NCBI GenBank assembly: GCA_001940845.1 | Contig: MSGV01000023.1 | Location: 338,312-402,311, forward strand | Length of the DNA: 64,000 nt | Source: Christensenellaceae bacterium Phil7 | Lineage (GTDB): Bacteria; Bacillota; Clostridia; Christensenellales; CAG-138 | Direction: 5' to 3' | In this document: positions 1 through 9,447 of the stretch, piece by piece | Numbering within the stretch: the stretch's first letter is position 1 | Layout: each line of letters starts with the position of its first letter | Translations under genes and position numbers: made by a program | Notes under the pieces: generated by a model | Database searches by the model: none | What the model saw: the letters and a program-made list of their open reading frames with translations, nothing else | What the model was told of the DNA's origin: nothing

Positions 1-367
1 AGTGCTCACCGACAAAATTCTCCTTCAAATGTTTACCTCCAATGATTGGCAAAGCAATCTCAGCGGTTTCATCCATGATATCAACCTTGAAATGTTTTGA
101 CCATCCATGCTCCTCCATGGTCTTATAATGTGCCTCAGTGGTATTCCTGGTTCCCTCGTAAGCCGTATTGCATTCAACAACCGTACCGCCAACATGGTTA
201 ATTATTGGCTTAAAGAACTCCGGACGCAAAAAGTTCTGATTTCCAGTCTCACCTGAATGAAGCTTGACGGCAATATTCCCCGTCAGGCATACACCTAAAC
301 GCTCATATAGCCGGAGAATACTTTCAGGGCTGATGTTTCTCGTAAAAAGTACAATAGATTTTGACAT
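1..367 (-). CDS. DUF362 domain-containing protein, N-terminal fragment (gene continues past left edge)
   Basis: Not in ORF track because it is open at the window edge. Reverse strand reads GGAGG-n5-ATG at 367, then MSKSIVLFTRNISPESILRLYERLGVCLTGNIAVKLHSGETGNQNFLRPEFFKPIINHVGGTVVECNTAYEG. This matches the usual DUF362 N-terminus by recall. Confidence 0.6.
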   Translation of the reverse strand, partial: MSKSIVLFTRNISPESILRLYERLGVCLTGNIAVKLHSGETGNQNFLRPEFFKPIINHVGGTVVECNTAYEGTRNTTEAHYKTMEEHGWSKHFKVDIMDETAEIALPIIGGKHLKENFVGEH

Positions 368-387
368 ATTAACCTCCGTAACAAGAG

Positions 388-1572
388 TTATGATATCGTA
401 AAAATGCCTTGCCTGCATTCGGAATCGGTGAGATGAATCGCATATCCGTAAGGTACAAACAAGCATTCATCACGCATTGGTTTGGTCACATATTTTCTGG
501 CATGAAATACACCATCCACTATTATGCCTACTGCAGCGTATGCGCATCCACGCTTTTCGCTGCGGCACAATCTTATTGAGTGTCCATCCCGTATAGCTTC
601 AATATCTATCAATTGCTCTGCTTGCTCCGCATCAAGAATTGCCGGCTCAGCTTTATAATCTATCTCAAATGGTTTTTGCAAAGAAAATAATCCATCCGGA
701 TTTTCGAGATTCAAAAATCTTCTGCGCATTACCAGCAAAGCGGCATTTCCGCAATCAACAGTTACAAACCTTCTCCCCATTTTAGCTGCAACGGCAGCAG
801 TAGTACCGCTCCCGCCAAACAGATCCATAATTATATCATCAGGCTCAGACGATACAGATATTATCCTTTTGAGCAAGCTCTCCGGTTTTTGCGCTGCATA
901 CCCCGTTCGCTCCGGATCGCGTTGATGAAGATATTCAATATCGGTCCATACATCAGAAGGAAACACCTTATCATCCTCATAATATCGATATTCCCTGCCT
1001 CCCGATTTTATTGAAAAATAAATGCGTCCATCCTCGTCCACACGCTGCTTCATATGATTTCGGTTCATGCTCCCGCGCGGAATTCCGGCAGCCTGTATAT
1101 TAAAATAAACACATTTACTCTTTCTATAGAACAATATTGTATCGTGTTTTCGGGAGAAATGCTTTATCGCTCTGCCGCCTGATTTATATGTCCAAATTAT
1201 TTCATTCATCAAATTTGATTTGCCAAATATTTCATCCATCATCATACGGATGATTCCGCTCATGTGCGGATTAACATGAACATATATGGATCCATTCATT
1301 GAGAGCAGGTCGCTGCAGCATATCAACACCTTACGCAGCATAGCGATATGTTCTTCTTCTGCATGTATGCCATCATAAGCAGCTCTAGCAGTGCTATCCT
1401 GAAATTCAAGCCCTCCGCTCATGCAATATGGAGGGTCAAGATAAATAAGCTTGACCTTTCCCCTATAGTCACGAATGAGTTCATCCGAAATACAATCGGA
1501 CTCTGCAAAAATAAGCCGACCATTCCCGCCAAACTCGTGAAATTCTCCTCTGTATGCCGCCGCCTTCAGCAT
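388..1572 (-). CDS. beta-class N6-adenine/N4-cytosine DNA methyltransferase (N6_N4_Mtase family)
   Basis: 394 aa. Motif IV IYLDPPYC near the N-terminus precedes motif I DLFGGSGTTAAVA (beta-class order). About 115 aa of C-terminal extension of unknown function. Confidence 0.85.
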   Translation of the reverse strand: MLKAAAYRGEFHEFGGNGRLIFAESDCISDELIRDYRGKVKLIYLDPPYCMSGGLEFQDSTARAAYDGIHAEEEHIAMLRKVLICCSDLLSMNGSIYVHVNPHMSGIIRMMMDEIFGKSNLMNEIIWTYKSGGRAIKHFSRKHDTILFYRKSKCVYFNIQAAGIPRGSMNRNHMKQRVDEDGRIYFSIKSGGREYRYYEDDKVFPSDVWTDIEYLHQRDPERTGYAAQKPESLLKRIISVSSEPDDIIMDLFGGSGTTAAVAAKMGRRFVTVDCGNAALLVMRRRFLNLENPDGLFSLQKPFEIDYKAEPAILDAEQAEQLIDIEAIRDGHSIRLCRSEKRGCAYAAVGIIVDGVFHARKYVTKPMRDECLFVPYGYAIHLTDSECRQGIFTIS

Positions 1573-1631
1573 AATCGGCCTGCCTTTCAGATTATCAATA
1601 TAAATAATTCAAGCAGATCTCATCTCTTTTT

Positions 1632-2537
1632 CTATTCTGCTAAGCTCTCCCCTGTGCTTTCGGATTTGAGTTCAAGCTTTTTCATACTCTTATCCATTAT
1701 ATAGGAGCAGAAAACGCCAACCGCAAAGAGTGCTGCAATTATAAAATAGCGATATAATTCCATACCGCCGGAATTGCGCATCACTTCCTGAATCACACAT
1801 CCAAGTATGGTTGAAACCAGTATGCCAAAGAGAGCAAAATAAGATTGTGTATGGTACTTTTCCAATGCCTTCCGCACTACCAACAGCATCGGTACCGCCA
1901 CTATTACCAAACCTGCAAGAGTGCAAAGTGCGAGCCCGATATTGCTGCCAATATTTTTAAGCTTTACCAAGCTTGCAAAAATGCCCATAAAATTCTCATA
2001 TACACCCATATTTATAAGCACAAATGAGGTGCTTACTCCGGGAAGAACGGTTCCAAGCATAAGTATTCCTCCGCATAGCATTGCCATCAGAGGAGTGACT
2101 TCGCGCTGTACAATGCCGGTGCCATCCCCCGTCTTCAGTCCCAATAAAATTAGTATGATTCCAAATGCAAACCCAAGCAGTGCAAACAGCCAGCTGCTCT
2201 TTTTGAATGGCTTCACATCGCCCTTCGCTTCGGCAAAGAAGCTGGGAATGCTTCCTATAACAAGCCCCATGAACAGACTTATGATTTCCGTTTGATAGTC
2301 AGCAAACAGACTATCAATGAGCATAAGGAAAACAATAAATCCAATTATACCTCCTATTGCCAATGGAAGCAAAAATTTAAAATTCTCTTTCGGTTTTTTG
2401 AAGAAACCCGTGATTGCCTCTATCGTAGGCTGATAGAGCCCCATTGATACAGCAAGGATGCCCCCGCTTAATCCCGGGATGATTGCACCTGCACCGATTA
2501 CAAAGCCCGCAAGCACCTTATTCCAAAATAGTTTCAC
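1632..2537 (-). CDS. DUF368 family polytopic membrane protein (PopT-type polyprenyl-phosphate transporter family)
   Basis: 301 aa, very hydrophobic. N-terminal GAGAIIPGLSGGILAVSMGLY resembles the DUF368 signature. Confidence 0.7.
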   Translation of the reverse strand: MKLFWNKVLAGFVIGAGAIIPGLSGGILAVSMGLYQPTIEAITGFFKKPKENFKFLLPLAIGGIIGFIVFLMLIDSLFADYQTEIISLFMGLVIGSIPSFFAEAKGDVKPFKKSSWLFALLGFAFGIILILLGLKTGDGTGIVQREVTPLMAMLCGGILMLGTVLPGVSTSFVLINMGVYENFMGIFASLVKLKNIGSNIGLALCTLAGLVIVAVPMLLVVRKALEKYHTQSYFALFGILVSTILGCVIQEVMRNSGGMELYRYFIIAALFAVGVFCSYIMDKSMKKLELKSESTGESLAE

Positions 2538-2664
2538 CTGATCCGATTCCTTTCCTTAACAACATCTTACTCGTCCATATTATACCACCAAATTTGTATA
2601 AAGTAAAGCGATCATCTCTGTTCCTTGTAAACAGTCAATATCCGCTCTGTAATATTGGTTATGA

Positions 2665-3063
2665 TTAAAACCTATATTTACCCCACCAATCTGGCATCAA
2701 ATCCTTTAGCTTGATCGTCGTCTTTCTTTCCAGGTCGATCAATATCTCAATCTCTCCGCTATTCCTATCAAGCTGCATCATCATCTCTCTGCATGCGCCG
2801 CAGGGATAACCCATGCTTCCATCGGGCATTATTGCAAGGATCTTATCTATCTCATGCTCTCCGTGAGTTATCATAGTTGATATCGCATTTCTCTCCGCAC
2901 ACATGCCAAGAGAACATGCCGTATCAATGCACACACCCACATATATATTCCCGTTTTTAGTAATCAGAGCAGAAGCAACCCCACCTGCATCAACGAATGG
3001 GGAAATCGCTCTGTTCCTTTGAACCTGCTCTGCCCTATCATAAAGAATGTTCCAGATATTCAT
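2665..3063 (-). CDS. cdd: cytidine deaminase
   Basis: 132 aa. Zinc-ligand motifs CAERNAI and PCGACREMM. 4-nt overlap with the upstream gene. Confidence 0.85.
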   Translation of the reverse strand: MNIWNILYDRAEQVQRNRAISPFVDAGGVASALITKNGNIYVGVCIDTACSLGMCAERNAISTMITHGEHEIDKILAIMPDGSMGYPCGACREMMMQLDRNSGEIEILIDLERKTTIKLKDLMPDWWGKYRF

Positions 3064-3818
3064 CTCATCAAACCATATTTAACCTTTATCCGTTTAAGTT
3101 TTTTAAGCACAGGTCTGGCAAGCACCAGGAGGAATACGACAGTTGACGAGGCATGAATAAGATTAAATACGAAGCCTGAGGCAAACATGGCAATAAGACC
3201 TTTTGCAGAGATTTCAGAGCTCATCATAAAAAGAGAAGATGTGTCCATTATAAATCCATAGATAAAAAAGGTCACCAATGCACCATAAATTACCAGAATA
3301 CAGAGCTGCTTCTTATTTTCAATGCCCTTTCTGAACAAAACTCCGGATAAGAAGCCTATAATTCCTAACGCAAACATCTGCCAGGGAGTCCAAGGACCTT
3401 GCCCAAAGAACATATTTGATATAAACGCAGTCAATGCGCCTGTAGCAAATCCTGCTTCGCTGCCAAGCGAAATACCTGTTATGATCACTATTGCAACTAT
3501 CGGTTTGAACTGTGGAAGCATATAAAATGCTGCACGCCCGGCAACGGCAATTGCAGTCATAACCGAAATGAGCACAAGCTCGCGTGTTTTCGGTTTCCTG
3601 CTTTCAAAAATCATTGCAAACGGCACCAATGCTGCAATAATTATTGCGATCGATACAATATAATAATGCCTATCATCCCATGCAAGCATTCCCACCGCAA
3701 TCATCGCCGGAATAAAAACAAGGATCAGAAGCATTGCCGCTATATTTCTTTTTTTCATTCCTAATGCTTGCTTTTGCTTTTTATCACCGTTATTAAATTT
3801 ATCGCCGAATACTATCAT
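3060..3818 (-). CDS. ECF transporter substrate-specific (S) component, specificity unknown
   Basis: 252 aa with multiple TM segments. Last gene of the DUF4430-EcfT-EcfAA' module. ATGA overlap with the ATPase stop; an alternative start is MKKRN at 3758. Confidence 0.6.
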   Translation of the reverse strand: MIVFGDKFNNGDKKQKQALGMKKRNIAAMLLILVFIPAMIAVGMLAWDDRHYYIVSIAIIIAALVPFAMIFESRKPKTRELVLISVMTAIAVAGRAAFYMLPQFKPIVAIVIITGISLGSEAGFATGALTAFISNMFFGQGPWTPWQMFALGIIGFLSGVLFRKGIENKKQLCILVIYGALVTFFIYGFIMDTSSLFMMSSEISAKGLIAMFASGFVFNLIHASSTVVFLLVLARPVLKKLKRIKVKYGLMR

Positions 3819-5491
3819 TTTATAATTTCGATCAATTCTGAAACCGTGAGAGCAGATTCGGTTATCCCGCGCGATATTCTATTTGCAGAGGTAGTGTAAA
3901 AACTATTATCGAGCAAAACTTCTCTACTGCTCCCCTCTGCCGTTATTCTTCCATCAAAAAACATAGCGCACCGATCTGCGAACTCCGCACAGAACTCGAT
4001 ATCATGAGAAACTAAAACTATGGATACGCCTCCCGCTGTAAGCCGTCTCAGCAAACCGCCAAATCTCCGCTTAAAAAAGGCATCCATTCCCTTCGTTGCC
4101 TCATCAAGAAATATGACCTGCGGACCGGGAAGCATCAATCTGGCAATTGCTGCACGCTGCAGCTCTCCCCCGCTGACATCATATGGATGCCTATCAAGAA
4201 TAGGTTTTAGCTCCAATAAATCAATAATCTCATCAAGCCTGGCACCATTCAAACCGAAGTTTTTGCATACACTCTCAAGTTCCTCTCGAACCGTATCCTT
4301 GATAAAGCAACATTCAGGATTCTGAACCAGGAGGGAAACCTGCTTGCCATAGAACCCGGAATTTTTATAGCTTTTAATATCCTTGCCCTTAAACTTTACC
4401 TTACCCCTATAAGGTTTGTAAAGCCCGGAAGCGTTCATGATCGCTGTCGTCTTTCCCGATCCATTTCCACCTATGATACATGTCAATTCGCTCGGATAGA
4501 CATCAAAACTAAATCCTTTCAATACATCAGGACCATTGCGGTCATATCTGAACCAGCAATCCCGGACGGATATAATTGCTTCCTGCGCATCATTCTTTTT
4601 GGGACAATATATATTCCGTTCATCCAATTTGCGCACACCGATTTTTCCCTTATCTGTAAGGCTGGCAAGATAATGCCTGCCCTCCCTTACCGTTATCGGC
4701 GCGTCAACTCCCTCTGGCTCGATCTCAGCATACAGTCTCATAGAAGAAGGCAGTATGGCCTTGAATTGCGGATGATCGGCAAGTGCAGCTATTGCCTCTC
4801 TGGGGCGTCCGCATCCGATTATCCTGCCTTCATTCATGAAAGCCACCCTATCCACTAACGAAAAAAGTCCTTCATATCGATGCTCGGTTATTATTACTGT
4901 TGTTCCTATTTCTTCGTTTATACGCTTTAAAGCGGAAAAAAACTCCCCTGCGGCAATAGGATCGAGCTGTGATGTCGGTTCATCGAGAAGTATAATCTTG
5001 GGCTGCATTGCCATTACTGCCGCAAGACAAAGCAATTGCTTCTGCCCGCCTGATATATCACTTGTATTCGATTCAAAAAAGCTCTGTATTCCAAAATAGC
5101 TGGAGATTTCTGCAACCCTGACTCGCATTTTGGCATTGCTAATTCCCAAGCTCTCCAGCCCAAAAGCAAGCTCATGCCAAACCTTGTCGGTTACGATTTG
5201 CATTTCAGGATTCTGCATTACAAAGCCTACCATTTCCGTCTGTTCGCGGAAGTTGAGCTCGTCCACCGATCTGCCGTCAATAAGTACTTGACCTGAAACT
5301 GAACCAAACGGACGTAAGACTGGCTTTATCTGGCGAAGCAAGGTGGACTTGCCGCATCCAGACGGACCGCATACCAAGATAAATTCACCATTATCAATTT
5401 TAAGATTTATGTCTTTAAGCGCACGAAAAGATCCTGATCCGTCCTGGTTCGGATAAGAAAAATTTAAATTTTTGATTTCAAGCGCTGCCAT
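3815..5491 (-). CDS. ECF transporter energy-coupling ATPase, fused tandem EcfA-EcfA'
   Basis: 558 aa. Two Walker A motifs (GPSGCGKST, GGNGSGKTT) and two ABC signatures (SGGQKQ, SGGELQ). Confidence 0.9.
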   Translation of the reverse strand: MAALEIKNLNFSYPNQDGSGSFRALKDINLKIDNGEFILVCGPSGCGKSTLLRQIKPVLRPFGSVSGQVLIDGRSVDELNFREQTEMVGFVMQNPEMQIVTDKVWHELAFGLESLGISNAKMRVRVAEISSYFGIQSFFESNTSDISGGQKQLLCLAAVMAMQPKIILLDEPTSQLDPIAAGEFFSALKRINEEIGTTVIITEHRYEGLFSLVDRVAFMNEGRIIGCGRPREAIAALADHPQFKAILPSSMRLYAEIEPEGVDAPITVREGRHYLASLTDKGKIGVRKLDERNIYCPKKNDAQEAIISVRDCWFRYDRNGPDVLKGFSFDVYPSELTCIIGGNGSGKTTAIMNASGLYKPYRGKVKFKGKDIKSYKNSGFYGKQVSLLVQNPECCFIKDTVREELESVCKNFGLNGARLDEIIDLLELKPILDRHPYDVSGGELQRAAIARLMLPGPQVIFLDEATKGMDAFFKRRFGGLLRRLTAGGVSIVLVSHDIEFCAEFADRCAMFFDGRITAEGSSREVLLDNSFYTTSANRISRGITESALTVSELIEIIK

Positions 5492-6357
5492 ACTGCTATC
5501 TCCTCAATATTAAGTATAATAGGTATTATAAGGATCACTGCATACGTCAATGCACAAGCTATTGACATGGTATTCCATGAATTCAGCTTTATAAGAGGGA
5601 AAAAACTAGCTGAAACCGCCTTTGTAGCTGCGCATATTCCAATAAATACGATTCCTAGGATCAGAACTATAGAAATCTTTAAATCACGGCTGTCAAAATT
5701 ATATATCGAGTAGTTGGTCCTATGCGGCAGCCCATGTCCCCGTGAACGCATGGAATCCGCAGTAATAACTGAGCTTTCGAGTCCCCAGGTTATAAGCGAT
5801 GATAGTATGTTTAATCCATATTTTGCTCTTTTAAGCAAGTTTCCGTCGGATACATCAAAGCCTTGCGCACGCATGGCAACCGAAATCTTCTTTACTTGAT
5901 TCCGATACAATGGAACAAACCTTAGCACCATAGTTATAAGCAAAGATATGGATGGAATAAAATTGCCAAACAAATAAACAATCTTATCGCTCTTCATTAT
6001 ATCATTAAAGCACGAAAACCATATCAATACCGCACCAAACATAAGTGCTGAAGTCGCCCCATAAAATATCGATTCAAGCGTTATTGGATTATCCCTGATA
6101 TAGAATAGTATAGTAACACCCTCATGATTAAAAATTGGATTGATAATTGCAACGATCAATATTATAGGGATTACAAATTTGAATATGAATGCCAGTGCCA
6201 TTCTGCCTCTTATCATCAAAGCCCAAATCAATCCCGAAACAAATGATACAATAATAAATACCGGATGCATAAACAGCATTGGCATTACGAGAGCAAATGC
6301 GAGAAACGTAAATGCAACTATCGGATGAACATTTTCCATAGCATCATGCTTCATCAT
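5464..6357 (-). CDS. ECF transporter transmembrane T component (EcfT)
   Basis: 297 aa membrane protein with the two Ala-Arg-Gly type coupling motifs (VAMRAQG and SMRSRG). Confidence 0.8.
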   Translation of the reverse strand: MMKHDAMENVHPIVAFTFLAFALVMPMLFMHPVFIIVSFVSGLIWALMIRGRMALAFIFKFVIPIILIVAIINPIFNHEGVTILFYIRDNPITLESIFYGATSALMFGAVLIWFSCFNDIMKSDKIVYLFGNFIPSISLLITMVLRFVPLYRNQVKKISVAMRAQGFDVSDGNLLKRAKYGLNILSSLITWGLESSVITADSMRSRGHGLPHRTNYSIYNFDSRDLKISIVLILGIVFIGICAATKAVSASFFPLIKLNSWNTMSIACALTYAVILIIPIILNIEEIAVWQRLKSKI

Positions 6358-6875
6358 TCGATCTTATCTCCTTCTAACCTGTTCCCGACATCGCTGCCAT
6401 AATCGCAGGTATAACGCAGCTCTATTCTATCGCCATTTGCAGGCTTATAACCGCTGCATCCGCAGTTTGGAAATATGCCATTCACGCAGTAAGTCCACCC
6501 GCTTGCACTACCGCAATCAAACTCATAAATATTTGCAATGCCCTCAATATAGGCACTATCGTATATCGGCGTGTATGATGCCTCCATATGAATTCCTCTA
6601 TTCTTCGTTTCACGCACCAGAACATCATATATCGATTCTCCCTCACGAAAACCAACCCTCGTCTCTGCAAGAATAATTCCATCCGAAGGAAGGATATCAA
6701 GCTTTTCAATTTTAAAGGAGTTTAAATTATCCAATATAGTACTGCATTCAATGCTTATAGTACAATACATATCCCAATTCTCATCTTCCGCGCCTGTACA
6801 TCCGATACAAACCGACAAACAAAAGAATAGTAATAATATAAAAGCAATTGTTTTTTTCGTCATTTTCATAATCAT
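6354..6875 (-). CDS. DUF4430 domain lipoprotein (ECF-associated, transcobalamin-like fold family)
   Basis: Start moved to the MIMKMTKK region. Lipobox LSVCIGC. C-terminal GWTYCVNGIFPNCGCSGYKPANGDRIELRYT is typical of DUF4430. Alternative starts at 6869 and 6863. Confidence 0.7.
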   Translation of the reverse strand: MIMKMTKKTIAFILLLFFCLSVCIGCTGAEDENWDMYCTISIECSTILDNLNSFKIEKLDILPSDGIILAETRVGFREGESIYDVLVRETKNRGIHMEASYTPIYDSAYIEGIANIYEFDCGSASGWTYCVNGIFPNCGCSGYKPANGDRIELRYTCDYGSDVGNRLEGDKIE

Positions 6876-6876
6876 T

Positions 6877-7257
6877 TCATTCCGAAAACGCATTTTCGAT
6901 GTAATTAACTCTGTGACGGCCAAGATCAACCTCAGCAATATCAAAACGAAGCACAACGCGTGTCAGACCATTCCTTGAAGCATAGGTCTTGGCGGCAGAG
7001 ATGATATTCCGCTGCTTTCGCCAATCCACATTCAGCCTTGGAGGCATGGCAGGATTTATATTCCTTCTGGACTTGACCTCTATAAATGCAACCGTATTCC
7101 TTTTTCGCATCACCAAATCGAGTTCTCTATGTCCTACCATGTAATTCCTTGCAAGCAAATGATAGCCGCGAAAGCGCAAATACCAAAGCACTATTCGCTC
7201 GCCCCTTGCTCCATCACGCTGCGAGCAGCTTCCGTTTTTCAGGTTAAGTGTCCCCAT
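6877..7257 (-). CDS. yraN: YraN family endonuclease-like protein (UPF0102)
   Basis: 126 aa. RELDLVMRKRNTVAFIEVKSRR matches the YraN core. Its stop overlaps the ATG cluster of the next gene. Confidence 0.8.
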   Translation of the reverse strand: MGTLNLKNGSCSQRDGARGERIVLWYLRFRGYHLLARNYMVGHRELDLVMRKRNTVAFIEVKSRRNINPAMPPRLNVDWRKQRNIISAAKTYASRNGLTRVVLRFDIAEVDLGRHRVNYIENAFSE

Positions 7258-7280
7258 TGCTTATCCGATTCCAGATCCTG

Positions 7281-7922
7281 TCAGTCTACGAATTTCCTTA
7301 TAAATGAACGCCTATGCAGCTCACATGGACCGTATTTTCTCAACGCTTCTATATGCTGCTTCGTTCCATAGCCTTTGTTTTTCTCAAAACCATATTGAGG
7401 AAATCTTTCCGCAGCTTCAACCATAAATCTATCCCTTTCGACCTTCGCAAGTATGCTGGCTGCGGCTATAGAGTAACAAATAGCATCTCCATGGATCAGA
7501 GGGTACTGCTTTGCAGGTATAGCTAAATTCTTTACTGCATCAACAAATACATCCTCACACTCCAATTCCAGGCCCTTATAAGCATCGATAAAAGCAAGCT
7601 TAGTTGCCTCAAGAATGTTTATTTCATCGATTTTTTGCTGCCATATCCACCCAAAGCCAATGGCAATTGCCTTATCACATATCGCATCATATAGTTTTTC
7701 ACGCTTCAACTCGGTCAGCTTCTTGGAATCATTGATGCCCTCTATCAACGGTACACTTGGTAAGATAACGCAAGCTGTAACCACCGGCCCCGCCAATGGT
7801 CCTCTGCCTACCTCATCCATTCCCGCAACGATTCTTCCGCTTTCCCAAAATGGCCGCTCGTATTTTGTCAGTTCTCTTAATCTTGCCCGTTCGGCTTCCT
7901 GACGCTCCTCAATCGTTTTCAT
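7281..7922 (-). CDS. rnhB: ribonuclease HII
   Basis: GMDEVGRGPLAGPVV catalytic motif. Start set at MKTIEERQ; the track ORF starts upstream at 7997. Confidence 0.9.
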   Translation of the reverse strand: MKTIEERQEAERARLRELTKYERPFWESGRIVAGMDEVGRGPLAGPVVTACVILPSVPLIEGINDSKKLTELKREKLYDAICDKAIAIGFGWIWQQKIDEINILEATKLAFIDAYKGLELECEDVFVDAVKNLAIPAKQYPLIHGDAICYSIAAASILAKVERDRFMVEAAERFPQYGFEKNKGYGTKQHIEALRKYGPCELHRRSFIRKFVD

Positions 7923-8793
7923 CTGCAGTTCCCATATATAAATTGTCGTTTGGATTTTCAAGAGCAATCGAAGCAATTTTTCCCGCACGATACTCATCGA
8001 GCACTATTCTGGCCGCCCTCTCAGTATCAAGCACGCCGCCGGACAGAATAAACCCTCGGCTTCGGCATACGCCATCTATCATCGCTTCAGGCGTATCCAT
8101 TTCGGAGGTTAACTTTTTATATCTGGCCATTAGCTGCTCCGGACATAGCCTCATAAGATCTAGAAGAAGCAATCCTGCAATCTCCTCCACATCCAGCACA
8201 TCATCCCTGATTGAACCTATATACGCCAAATGTTTTGCTAATATTTCATTATCGAGCTTGCCCCAAAGCAACCCGGGAGTATCCATAAGTTCAAGGAAAT
8301 CAGTGATCTTAACCCATTGCTTACTCCGAGTAACGCCCGGACGATCCCCAACCTGAGCCTTAGCAGTTCCGGCTATGCGATTAATAAAAGTTGATTTGCC
8401 AACATTAGGAATTCCAACAATCATCGCTCGCAATGTCTTGTTTATTCCCTTTTCACGATATTTTCTCACCGTCTCCGCTCCTGTGCGCTCAATCAGTGCA
8501 ACAGCATTCTTCCGCATTCCCGGATTGGTAGAAATGAGTTCGACGGCCATTATTCCCTGCTGTTTAAAATATGTGATCCACTCTTTATTTTGCGATTTAG
8601 AGGAAAGATCACTTTTATTGAGGACAATAACTCGCAGCTTATTCTTAAAAAGTACCTCAAAATCCGGATTTCGACAGGCGAGCGGAGCTCTTGCATCCAC
8701 AATTTCGATTATCATATCAACAAGCTTTATATTATCCTCCAGCATACGCTTCGCCTTCGCCATATGACCGGGATACCAATTTATCGTCTGCAT
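7909..8793 (-). CDS. rbgA: ribosome biogenesis GTPase A (YlqF/RbgA), circularly permuted GTPase
   Basis: MQTINWYPGHMAKA N-terminus preceded by GGGAGGAAAGA. G4 motif NKSDL precedes G1 motif GIPNVGKST. Confidence 0.9.
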   Translation of the reverse strand: MQTINWYPGHMAKAKRMLEDNIKLVDMIIEIVDARAPLACRNPDFEVLFKNKLRVIVLNKSDLSSKSQNKEWITYFKQQGIMAVELISTNPGMRKNAVALIERTGAETVRKYREKGINKTLRAMIVGIPNVGKSTFINRIAGTAKAQVGDRPGVTRSKQWVKITDFLELMDTPGLLWGKLDNEILAKHLAYIGSIRDDVLDVEEIAGLLLLDLMRLCPEQLMARYKKLTSEMDTPEAMIDGVCRSRGFILSGGVLDTERAARIVLDEYRAGKIASIALENPNDNLYMGTADEND

Positions 8794-8860
8794 TCTTTCC
8801 TCCCTATTCATCATTAAATCACAGTATCCCAGCAATAATGCTGCCGTGATTCAATGCATC

Positions 8861-8894
8861 AAAATGCTCCCCAACACGAACGGTGCGGGGAGCA
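8861..8894 (-). terminator. rho-independent terminator after rplS
   Basis: Reverse strand: ATGCTCCCC-gcaccgttcgtgt-TGGGGAGCAT followed by TTTT. Confidence 0.7.
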
Positions 8895-8933
8895 TACCGG
8901 GGTTCACACCCCATCACTTACCATCAGGCAATT

Positions 8934-9287
8934 TTATTTTTTGACAATACGTTCCTTGATCTTAGCCGCCTTACCGGTTCTCTCACGAAGGTAATATAGC
9001 TTAGCCCTACGAACAACACCGTGGCGCACAACCTCGATGCGGCCAATACGGGGGCTGTTATACGGGAAAGTCCTCTCCACGCCAATGCCATAGCTTATAC
9101 GGCGTACCGTGAAGGATTTACGGATTCCACCGCCCTGCATCTTGATAACGATACCTTCAAAGTTCTGAAGTCTCTCATGATTGCCTTCAACAACCTTAAC
9201 GTAAACGCGAACGGTATCGCCGATTTCCAGCTTTGGAAGATCGGTACGAAGTTGCTCTTTTTCAAGTTCTCTGATGATTTCTGACAT
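8934..9287 (-). CDS. rplS: 50S ribosomal protein L19
   Basis: [45 protein letters not shown] precedes the ATG at 9287. Confidence 0.95.
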   Translation of the reverse strand: MSEIIRELEKEQLRTDLPKLEIGDTVRVYVKVVEGNHERLQNFEGIVIKMQGGGIRKSFTVRRISYGIGVERTFPYNSPRIGRIEVVRHGVVRRAKLYYLRERTGKAAKIKERIVKK

Positions 9288-9356
9288 TATTATCTCCTTT
9301 TTACAGATGTTCTTAATCACAGCATGCGATCATTGGACCACCCAAATAACCACATC

Positions 9357-9385
9357 ATTATAGCATGATATTAAGCATTTTTCAA
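9357..9385 (-). promoter_or_regulatory. sigma-A type promoter for rplS, giving a 5' UTR of about 63 nt
   Basis: Reverse strand: TTGAAA-17 nt-TATAAT. The UTR could be an L19-leader type element, but that was not verified. Confidence 0.55.
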
Positions 9386-9447
9386 GTACCTCGGTCGTTT
9401 TTTAAACGCACAAGTACAATATATTTATCTTCCAGTCATGTATCAAA

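Noticed and set aside
6876-7000. Looked for a cobalamin riboswitch ahead of the DUF4430-ECF module
   Set aside because: There is no intergenic space, because the lipoprotein start overlaps the yraN stop. No B12-box-like sequence was seen.
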